Source: Escherichia phage vB_EcoM_SP1. From it: DNA of 64,000 bases. The notes under the pieces were generated by a model. It was not told the origin of the DNA and ran no database searches. It worked only from the letters and a program-made list of their open reading frames with translations. The stretch is taken from the sequence record MT682709.1. One strand, written 5' to 3'. Shown here piece after piece: positions 56,646 through 64,000 of the stretch. Each line of letters opens with the position of its first letter. Positions within the stretch are counted from its first letter, which is position 1. Both the position numbers and the translations under genes were made by a program.

Positions 56646-57647
56646 ATGACTCGTAACGAATATATCAAATCATTCAATAGAGTTATTGATGATAAAGCTA
56701 TACCGATGTTTGGCCAAAATAGCGTTCTTTCTATTATCAATCAGTGGCTCAATAGTGTTGATGCAAGTATTGTTTCTTCTGCTAAATTTATTCATGAAAT
56801 TCGTAAAATTTCTAGCCGTGTAGATAAAGATGTTATCAAGAAAACCTTTAAAGAGTCTCGTCTTCTTTCATATTTGGTTAATCGGGATATTCTTGGTAAT
56901 TTTGGGAAAGAAATTAAACGAACCAAAGATGTAGTAGGATATAATTGGTTCGGTGATGTTAATTCTTATCATCTTAATAATAAAGAAGACCCTGAGAATA
57001 TTTTTACTCGTCGTTGGATTAGTAATTTCAGACTTTTCAAAGGACAGATTCTAAAATCAGCTTCTAAATTATGTTATGGCGATTATCGTCAAATTCATCC
57101 TTTGGCTTCTGATATGATTATCATAAAAGAATATGAACTTGATAAAAATAAAGTATCTATTTTTGTGAATTATGGATTTTTTACACCAGAAGCTAACCAA
57201 AAGAACATTAATAAATTTTTCTCAATTGCTAGCACTATAACTCGTCAATTAGAGACCGCATTACTTTGTATGGAAACAGTAGAAAATATTCATACTTATC
57301 CTTTTAAGAATATATGCGGTTGGGAAGGATATAAAATTGTAATTAGTCTTCGTGAAGTAAAGTGCGCGTACTCACCTACTAATAAAGAAATTTATCAACA
57401 AAAATGTGAGGAAATTGTGAATACCCCTAAAGAAGAAACTACCCTTGAGGAACTAATGGATAATCTTGACGATTCGCCTGAACCGGTAGAAATTCGTCCA
57501 GAAGTTATTGCACTAGAAAAAGCTTATAAAGAAGTTCTAGAAATTTCTAATAAAGCACAGAAAGAATATGAGCAGGCTAAAAGGATTTGGGAAGAATCTG
57601 TTAATCGCCTAGATCGTCTTGAACAAGCTTTACAGTTAATTAAGTAA
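56646..57647 (+). CDS. hypothetical protein with C-terminal coiled coil (tandem set 3 of 4)
   Basis: 333 aa from MTRNEY after GAGGAG. Confidence 0.55.
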   Translation: MTRNEYIKSFNRVIDDKAIPMFGQNSVLSIINQWLNSVDASIVSSAKFIHEIRKISSRVDKDVIKKTFKESRLLSYLVNRDILGNFGKEIKRTKDVVGYNWFGDVNSYHLNNKEDPENIFTRRWISNFRLFKGQILKSASKLCYGDYRQIHPLASDMIIIKEYELDKNKVSIFVNYGFFTPEANQKNINKFFSIASTITRQLETALLCMETVENIHTYPFKNICGWEGYKIVISLREVKCAYSPTNKEIYQQKCEEIVNTPKEETTLEELMDNLDDSPEPVEIRPEVIALEKAYKEVLEISNKAQKEYEQAKRIWEESVNRLDRLEQALQLIK

Positions 57648-57699
57648 TTTAAAGCCAAGGATGGCTCGGAGTATAAATCATTAACCAAGTGAGAAGAAC

Positions 57700-58629
57700 A
57701 TGAAAACTCGTAAACATTATATTGATTATTTTGATAGTCTTATTACTAAACACCGTAATTATCATATCGGGCACAGAGCAGTAATCAATAATATTCTTCG
57801 TGATTTCCTTCAATATGTTGGCCAGGAAAATCATATCTGTAAAGATACTCAAAACGCTTATTCTCATTCGTTAGGCAATTTGCTTGAATGGTTTAAACGT
57901 TCTCGTATGTTATCTTCTACTATAGCTCATGAGAACATTAAAAACTTTATGAAGCCGAGCTTCATTAAATCTGAGACATCTATAACCGATTTGGTTGAAT
58001 TTACTATTGTTAACGATGTTAAAAAGACCCATTTGGCTGATTGGTTATCTACCATTCCCGAAACTAAATTTGCTGATAAATTTGCTTGTCAATTCAATGA
58101 CCAAGTGAATATGCTTTTTAAGCATGCTCGCAAACTGTTTACCGCTGGCGATGACCGTACAAATACAGTTCATGTTAAGGATTGGGTTATTGCTGATGAA
58201 GTAACACACAAGCCAGGTGGTTCATCAGTATTAATTAATATCCAGGTTCCTTATTATTACTCACGTAATCTCGGCACCATGACAGCTAAAGAAATTAATA
58301 AGCACAACAAAACTATTCGTTCGTTGTCTTATAAACTTCGCATGATGTTAAAAATTATGGACGTAGTAGAAATGTATGATGAAACCGAAGATAATGGTTC
58401 AATGTTATACAGTTCACGCATTCTAATTAAACTGAAGAACCCTAATACGTATAAGCCAGTTGTAAAAGAACCTAAAGTAGAAAAGGTTGATAACTTGAGC
58501 GAAGAACGCGAATATCTCAAATCTCGACTGGTTGAAGTTGAAGCCCAAATTGCAGAACACACCAAATTGTTAAAAGCTCTTAATGCAAAAGCAAATGGTT
58601 TACGTAATGCTATTGAGGTACTGAAATGA
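57700..58629 (+). CDS. hypothetical protein with C-terminal coiled coil (tandem set 4 of 4)
   Basis: 309 aa. Confidence 0.55.
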   Translation: MKTRKHYIDYFDSLITKHRNYHIGHRAVINNILRDFLQYVGQENHICKDTQNAYSHSLGNLLEWFKRSRMLSSTIAHENIKNFMKPSFIKSETSITDLVEFTIVNDVKKTHLADWLSTIPETKFADKFACQFNDQVNMLFKHARKLFTAGDDRTNTVHVKDWVIADEVTHKPGGSSVLINIQVPYYYSRNLGTMTAKEINKHNKTIRSLSYKLRMMLKIMDVVEMYDETEDNGSMLYSSRILIKLKNPNTYKPVVKEPKVEKVDNLSEEREYLKSRLVEVEAQIAEHTKLLKALNAKANGLRNAIEVLK

Positions 58630-58922
58630 AAAAGCGTTTATTAGAAGATATTGCCGAAGCTTCAGATTTTCCTGAATGGACTCCATGCGTTGGGTTTGAT
58701 AAAGGACTGCTAGTTACTGACGATTTAGATTTTAAACCTCCAGCATGGGATGCCATTATGGCTATGGTTGAACGTCGTGAAAGGGCTTCTAAAAACGTTC
58801 CTAATTGCCCTGAATGTGGAACTGAACAGGTGCAATTGGTCCATTGGCAGACTAGTAATCTTCGTTATAAATGTCGCCATTGCAAACACCGATTTGACCG
58901 AGAAGAAAATGACCAAGCGTAA
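58626..58922 (+). CDS. zinc-ribbon protein
   Basis: 98 aa; CPECG...CRHCKH four-Cys ribbon. Confidence 0.5.
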   Translation: MKKRLLEDIAEASDFPEWTPCVGFDKGLLVTDDLDFKPPAWDAIMAMVERRERASKNVPNCPECGTEQVQLVHWQTSNLRYKCRHCKHRFDREENDQA

Positions 58923-59151
58923 AGAATATATGGAGGCTGCTGAAAAGGCAGTCCGTGAATTAGCAATAGCTTATTATAATGAACATGGTAAATTTCCTGA
59001 TAGATACAGCGTACTTAAATCTGCTTTAACTCGTTCATATAAAAATATGCTATCAGAAGTAAGTGATATTATATACAAACATAAAGAACAAACGGGCCAA
59101 AGTCTTGATTACGACGAGACTTTTAAACAAGTACTAGGAATTAAGGAATAA
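58909..59151 (+). CDS. hypothetical protein
   Basis: 80 aa from internal ATG ([14 protein letters not shown]); the track ORF 58750 extends upstream across the zinc-ribbon gene. Confidence 0.45.
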   Translation: MTKRKEYMEAAEKAVRELAIAYYNEHGKFPDRYSVLKSALTRSYKNMLSEVSDIIYKHKEQTGQSLDYDETFKQVLGIKE

Positions 59152-59152
59152 T

Positions 59153-59416
59153 ATGTTTAAAGTATATGGTTATGATAGCAACATTCATAAATGTGTGTAT
59201 TGCGATAATGCAAAACGTCTTTTGACCGTGAAGAAACAGCCGTTTGAATTTATCAACATTATGCCGGAAAAAGGTGTTTTTGATGATGAGAAAATCGCTG
59301 AGCTTCTGACTAAACTAGGTCGTGATACTCAAATCGGCTTGACAATGCCCCAGGTATTTGCTCCTGATGGAAGTCATATTGGTGGATTTGACCAACTGCG
59401 AGAATACTTTAAATGA
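59153..59416 (+). CDS. nrdC: thioredoxin/glutaredoxin NrdC
   Basis: 87 aa; CVYC active site; matches recalled T4 NrdC. Confidence 0.92.
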   Translation: MFKVYGYDSNIHKCVYCDNAKRLLTVKKQPFEFINIMPEKGVFDDEKIAELLTKLGRDTQIGLTMPQVFAPDGSHIGGFDQLREYFK

Positions 59417-59628
59417 TGCTCGAAGGAACTGATTATATCCATGACTACCGCGGAAGCGCGGTATATGTAGGTGATGAAGTTGCAGTTTATTATGGGTATG
59501 GAACTTTGATGACAGCCAAGGTTATTCAAATTAAAAATAATCGTGCTAAACTCGAAGTTTATTATTCTAATGGTGAAAAGTCTATTTCTAAGTGGAAATA
59601 CGGCGATTGTATGGTTAAATTGGGGTAA
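59413..59628 (+). CDS. hypothetical small protein
   Basis: 71 aa, ATGA-coupled to nrdC. Confidence 0.5.
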   Translation: MMLEGTDYIHDYRGSAVYVGDEVAVYYGYGTLMTAKVIQIKNNRAKLEVYYSNGEKSISKWKYGDCMVKLG

Positions 59629-59630
59629 AT

Positions 59631-59801
59631 ATGATTTACGATATTAATGTATCACGAGCTCCGTCAATGGTTACTATTCCAGCCGAAGAACTAGATCGTC
59701 TTCAGAAAATTGAAGAACTTCTTTGGGAAATTGAATGTGCCCTGCCATCAGGACTAGAATCCTGGATTGATGATGAAGAACTTAATAAATTGCGAAATTA
59801 A
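59631..59801 (+). CDS. hypothetical small protein
   Basis: 56 aa ORF below the track cutoff. Confidence 0.35.
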   Translation: MIYDINVSRAPSMVTIPAEELDRLQKIEELLWEIECALPSGLESWIDDEELNKLRN

Positions 59802-59811
59802 TTGGTGAAAA

Positions 59812-60132
59812 ATGACTATTGAAAATAAATTAGATGTTGATGCAGTTCTGAGCGAAATCATTGAAGACCATGATGCATTTTCGGAAAACTATGATTTCGA
59901 TTTTTCCGATTATCTTAAACCTGTCGAAATAGAAGACTGGGTGCAAGATGGTAAATGTCAATATCGTCAGTGTGTTTACTTTAGTCCAAAACATAATGTA
60001 CATGTGGCTGTAAATGAATCTCGCTCAGGTTCTTACCATTCTGACTGGTATTATGCAGTTCCTACCGTTGAACTGGTTGAGCTTCGAGAACGTGTAGTAA
60101 CTCAGACAGTACGAGAATGGATTACGCTATAA
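59812..60132 (+). CDS. hypothetical acidic protein
   Basis: 106 aa. Confidence 0.5.
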   Translation: MTIENKLDVDAVLSEIIEDHDAFSENYDFDFSDYLKPVEIEDWVQDGKCQYRQCVYFSPKHNVHVAVNESRSGSYHSDWYYAVPTVELVELRERVVTQTVREWITL

Positions 60133-60237
60133 AACCTTGGTGGGCGGCTAGATGGGAAACTGTAGAGCCAGAGCCGGAAGAACCGGTTTACACTGATGAA
60201 GAAACAGTATATAATGAACCAACGATAAATGACTTAA

Positions 60238-60702
60238 TTGATATGGAGATGGGACATGATTACAGTAGATAAGTGGTTTAGAATTAATCGTGCTGATACA
60301 GGGCTGTGTAATTACTGGCCGGAACTTAGTGCAGGTGCTGTCTTTAAAGTTCGTGAACTTGCAAAAGAATGTGAAGATGATATAGAGCCTGACACTGGAA
60401 TTATTGAAATTGAACTTTCTGATGGAAAGATTATTAACATCTACGATAAGCCAATTACGTATTGGTGCTTATGGAATACTGAATCAGTAGAAAATGGTGA
60501 AATTGAAGAAGTTGTAGAGAGAACTAATCAAGTTGTTCAGAAGCCCAAAGCCGATTTTCAAGGTGAACGTATTTCATACGCATTAGCTAAATTAGCTGCG
60601 CAAGAAAATAACGATGGCTATGAAGGAAATTTGATGCAAGCTGCGGCAGAATATATTGAATGGCTTGAAACTCAAAATTCTTTTTCTGACAGGACATTTT
60701 AA
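60238..60702 (+). CDS. hypothetical protein in the position of T4 pin (protease inhibitor)
   Basis: 154 aa; positional inference only. Confidence 0.35.
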   Translation: MIWRWDMITVDKWFRINRADTGLCNYWPELSAGAVFKVRELAKECEDDIEPDTGIIEIELSDGKIINIYDKPITYWCLWNTESVENGEIEEVVERTNQVVQKPKADFQGERISYALAKLAAQENNDGYEGNLMQAAAEYIEWLETQNSFSDRTF

Positions 60703-60878
60703 TGAAAACCGAATTGGTTTATACTGAAAAGTTAAATGGCGGTAAGGTTTGGAAACTTTTTATTAAAGGACATTCTACGGACCCTCATATGACTACTTGC
60801 GTAGGAACTTATTCTCGTCCTACTAAAAAGATGATTCGACAGTATAAACGATTGCATCGAATGTTTTACAATACTTGA
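60702..60878 (+). CDS. hypothetical small basic protein
   Basis: 58 aa, ATGA-coupled; below the track cutoff. Confidence 0.35.
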   Translation: MKTELVYTEKLNGGKVWKLFIKGHSTDPHMTTCVGTYSRPTKKMIRQYKRLHRMFYNT

Positions 60879-60919
60879 AAATAATAAATACCCTTATCTA
60901 TTTAAGGTAAGGGTTTATT

Positions 60920-61393
60920 ATGTTATTGACTGGCAAATTATATAAAGAAGAAAAACAGAAATTTTATGATGCACAAAACGGTAAATGCTTAATTTGCCAA
61001 CGAGAACTAAATCCTGATGTTCAAGCTAATCACCTAGATCATGACCATGAATTAAATGGACCAAAAGCAGGAAAGGTACGTGGATTGCTTTGTAATCTCT
61101 GTAATGCCGCAGAAGGTCAAATGAAGCATAAATTTAATCGTTCTGGCTTAAAGGGACAAGGTGTTGATTATCTTGAATGGTTAGAAAATTTACTTACTTA
61201 TTTAAAATCCGATTACACCCAAAATAATATTCACCCTAACTTTGTTGGAGATAAATCAAAGGAATTTTCTCGTTTAGGAAAAGAGGAAATGATGGCCGAG
61301 ATGCTTCAAAGAGGATTTGAATATAATGAATCTGACACCAAAACACAATTAATAGCTTCATTTAAGAAGCAGCTTAGAAAGAGTTTAAAATGA
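60920..61393 (+). CDS. 49: endonuclease VII (Holliday junction resolvase)
   Basis: 157 aa; matches recalled T4 gp49 (MLLTGKLYKEEKQKFYDAQNGKCLICQREL...). Confidence 0.92.
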   Translation: MLLTGKLYKEEKQKFYDAQNGKCLICQRELNPDVQANHLDHDHELNGPKAGKVRGLLCNLCNAAEGQMKHKFNRSGLKGQGVDYLEWLENLLTYLKSDYTQNNIHPNFVGDKSKEFSRLGKEEMMAEMLQRGFEYNESDTKTQLIASFKKQLRKSLK

Positions 61394-61927
61394 CAATTGA
61401 AAAAGAAATTGAAGGATTGATTCATAAAACTAATAAAGACCTTTTAAACGAGAATGCTAATAAAGATTCTCGTGTTTTTCCAACTCAACGGGACCTTATG
61501 GCTGGTATTGTGTCTAAACACATTGCCAAAAATATGGTCCCGTCTTTTATTATGAAAGCGCATGAAAGCGGAATTATCCATTTCCACGATATTGATTATT
61601 CCCCTGCTCTTCCATTTACTAATTGTTGTTTAGTAGATTTAAAAGGAATGCTTGAGAACGGATTTAAGCTAGGTAATGCACAGATTGAAACTCCTAAATC
61701 AATTGGCGTTGCTACTGCAATTATGGCACAAATTACTGCACAGGTTGCTTCTCACCAATACGGCGGAACGACTTTTGCGAATGTAGATAAAGTACTTTCT
61801 CCTTATGTTAAACGCACCTATGCAAAACATATTGAGGATGCAGAAAAATGGCAAATCGCTGATGCGTTGAATTATGCTCAATCTAAAACAGAAAAAGACG
61901 TATACGATGCATTCCAGGCGTATGAGT
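61390..61927 (+). CDS. nrdD: anaerobic ribonucleotide reductase NrdD, exon 1
   Basis: ORF ends at a group I intron; exon ends in U at 61927. Confidence 0.8.
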
Positions 61928-62138
61928 TAATTTAATTCAGGCTCATGTAAAACCGGTCTAAACGGGGAACCTCTCTAGTAGACAATCCCGTGCTAAATGT
62001 TCTTTTGAACTAAATGCCTAACGACTAACCGTGATGAATGTAGCGGTGTAGAATAGAAGCTAATGCTATTCGAAACGGCCGGCATCGAAAGATGAAGATA
62101 TAGTCTAATCTGCATGGCGACATGCAGCAGTCATCTTG

Positions 62139-62146
62139 TATAAATA
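62139..62146 (+). promoter_or_regulatory. late promoter TATAAATA inside intron, upstream of the endonuclease ORF
   Basis: Exact tataaata 30 nt upstream of ATG 62176; hairpin ctgcatg-gcga-catgcag at 62110-62127. Confidence 0.5.
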
Positions 62147-62175
62147 AGATTATCTTATGAATACGAGGTGAAACA

Positions 62176-62946
62176 ATGAAATGGATAAAAAGACGTTGTA
62201 CTAAAATAAAAGATAAAGACGCATTTACATACTTAGTTAAGTTTTCTAATGGCGACATTTATATCGGTTATAAAAAATTTAGAACAATTAAAAACAAGCC
62301 CACAAACTGGAAAACTTACACAACGTCATCTAAGTATATAAATGAACGCTTAAAAACTGATACACCTACTAAATGGATAATTTTAAAAACATTTGATAGT
62401 TATAAAGATGCATTAAAACATGAAGAAGAGGTCATACGTAAATATTTTTATAGCAAAAAATGTTTAAATAAATCCATAGGCGGTAAAAAGTTTTATAAGC
62501 ATCCGGATACTGAAGAACATATTCAAAAATTAAGAGATGCTCATAAGGGTAAAGTGTTATCCGAATCTCATAAAAACAATATAAAATCTTCTGTAGCTGA
62601 ATATTATGCTAAAAACGGAAGATCTAAGGAACATGTGCAAAATAATATCAATAGTCGAAAAAGTAAAAAACAAGTATCGATAAAGCTTAAAAATAAAACT
62701 TTTAGAAGTTTTAAAAAAGCAGCGGAATATTTAAATTGCACTGAAAGTGAAGTCGAAACTCATCCTCTTGTTTTGAGTATTAAGACTACTATTCATAAAG
62801 TTCCTGAATATGTGGTTGTTGACGGTATTAAGTATACGTCTTATATAGAAGCAGCTAAAGCGCTAAATTTTCATCCTAGCACTATAAAAGAACGTTGCAT
62901 ATCTATGGACTATCCAAATTTTGTTGTTTCATATAAACGGGCATGA
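62176..62946 (+). CDS. I-TevII-like GIY-YIG homing endonuclease
   Basis: 256 aa intron ORF; N-terminal GDIYIGYKKF is GIY-YIG-like. Confidence 0.7.
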   Translation: MKWIKRRCTKIKDKDAFTYLVKFSNGDIYIGYKKFRTIKNKPTNWKTYTTSSKYINERLKTDTPTKWIILKTFDSYKDALKHEEEVIRKYFYSKKCLNKSIGGKKFYKHPDTEEHIQKLRDAHKGKVLSESHKNNIKSSVAEYYAKNGRSKEHVQNNINSRKSKKQVSIKLKNKTFRSFKKAAEYLNCTESEVETHPLVLSIKTTIHKVPEYVVVDGIKYTSYIEAAKALNFHPSTIKERCISMDYPNFVVSYKRA

Positions 62947-62960
62947 ATTTGCGACTCATG

Positions 62961-64000
62961 CTGAATATAATGATGAAGTAAATACACTTTTCAGCTCTAA
63001 CGGACAAACGCCTTTTGTAACAATTACATTTGGTACGGGAACTGACTGGACTGAACGAATGATTCAGAAAGCAATTCTGAAAAATCGCATTAAAGGTCTT
63101 GGTCGTGACGGGATAACTCCTATTTTTCCTAAGCTTGTTATGTTCGTTGAAGAAGGTGTTAATCTTTATAAAGACGATCCGAACTATGATATTAAGCAGC
63201 TTGCTTTAGAGTGCGCAAGCAAAAGAATGTATCCTGACATCATTTCTGCTAAGAACAATAAAGCTATCACCGGTTCATCTATTCCTGTTTCTCCAATGGG
63301 TTGCCGTAGTTTCTTGAGCGTATGGAAAGATTCGACTGGTAATGAAATTCTTGACGGTCGTAATAATCTTGGCGTTGTAACACTGAATCTTCCTCGCATC
63401 GCATTAGATTCTTATATTGGAACACAGTTCAATGAACAGAAATTTACTGAATTATTCAATGAGCGAATGGATTTATGTTTTGAAGCATTGATGTGTAGAA
63501 TTAGTTCCTTAAAGGGAGTTAAAGCTACTGTTGCTCCTATTCTTTACCAAGAAGGTGCATTCGGGGTTCGTCTTAAACCTGATGACGATATAATTGAGTT
63601 ATTTAAAAACGGTAGAAGTTCAGTGTCCTTAGGATACATTGGTATTCACGAATTGAATATTCTTGTCGGTCGTGATATTGGACGAGAAATTTTAACTAAA
63701 ATGAATGCTCATCTTAAACAGTGGACTGAAAGAACCGGATTTGCTTTTAGTTTATATTCTACTCCTGCTGAAAACCTTTGTTATCGCTTCTGTAAACTCG
63801 ATACAGAAAAATATGGAAGCGTAAAAGATGTTACCGATAAAGGCTGGTACACTAACAGTTTCCATGTTTCAGTAGAAGAAAATATTACTCCGTTTGAAAA
63901 GATTTCTCGTGAAGCGCCATATCATTTCATTGCGACAGGTGGTCACATTTCTTATGTTGAACTTCCTGATATGAAAAATAACTTAAAAGGTCTTGAGGCC
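62961..64000 (+). CDS. nrdD: anaerobic ribonucleotide reductase NrdD, exon 2 (continues past window end)
   Basis: Open frame to window end (..TPFVTITFGTGTDWTERMIQKAI..). Confidence 0.8.

Larger units (their letters stand above)
61928..62960 (+). mobile_element. group I self-splicing intron in nrdD (sunY-type) with homing endonuclease ORF
   Basis: Core-like ctaaacggggaacctctctagtagacaatcccgtgctaaat; ends in G at 62960; 1033 nt; splicing restores the frame (..QAYE-S-EYNDEVNTLFSS..). Confidence 0.75.

Overview
This window is a 64-kb segment of a T4-like myovirus genome (T-even / Tequatrovirus type; proteins are near-identical to my recollection of phage T4 gp23, lysozyme e, DenV, RegB, rI, NrdC and gp49, but it is not T4 itself). 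Positions 1-28.8 kb are the minus-strand late structural module in T4 order: 24(partial)-23-22-21-68-67-20-19-18-17-16-15-14-13-wac-12-11-10-9-8-7-6-5.4-5.1-5-53, with TATAAATA late promoters and several terminator hairpins. From 28.9 kb everything is plus-strand: 4-2-3-1-57A-57B(Acb1), an ipI-type variable locus, ten contiguous tRNAs, a ~330-nt structured non-coding region, a block of small ORFs with GTTTAC/TAnnAT early promoters, nudE, lysozyme e, denV, internal proteins, the vs/regB region, tk, rI, an nrdC.x-like block, nrdC, gene 49, and nrdD interrupted by a group I intron carrying an I-TevII-like GIY-YIG endonuclease. Main points for follow-up: seven ORFs (eight on a looser match) begin with the internal-protein capsid-targeting sequence, so the set of injected proteins is larger than T4's three; an anti-CBASS Acb1 gene plus a candidate Acb2 cluster; a GrcA-like gene whose 3' half has host-like codon usage; an NTase-fold protein next to an AAA+ ATPase; a macro-domain protein; and tandem paralog cassettes. 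All calls rest on reading the sequence and recalled protein families; no database search was run.
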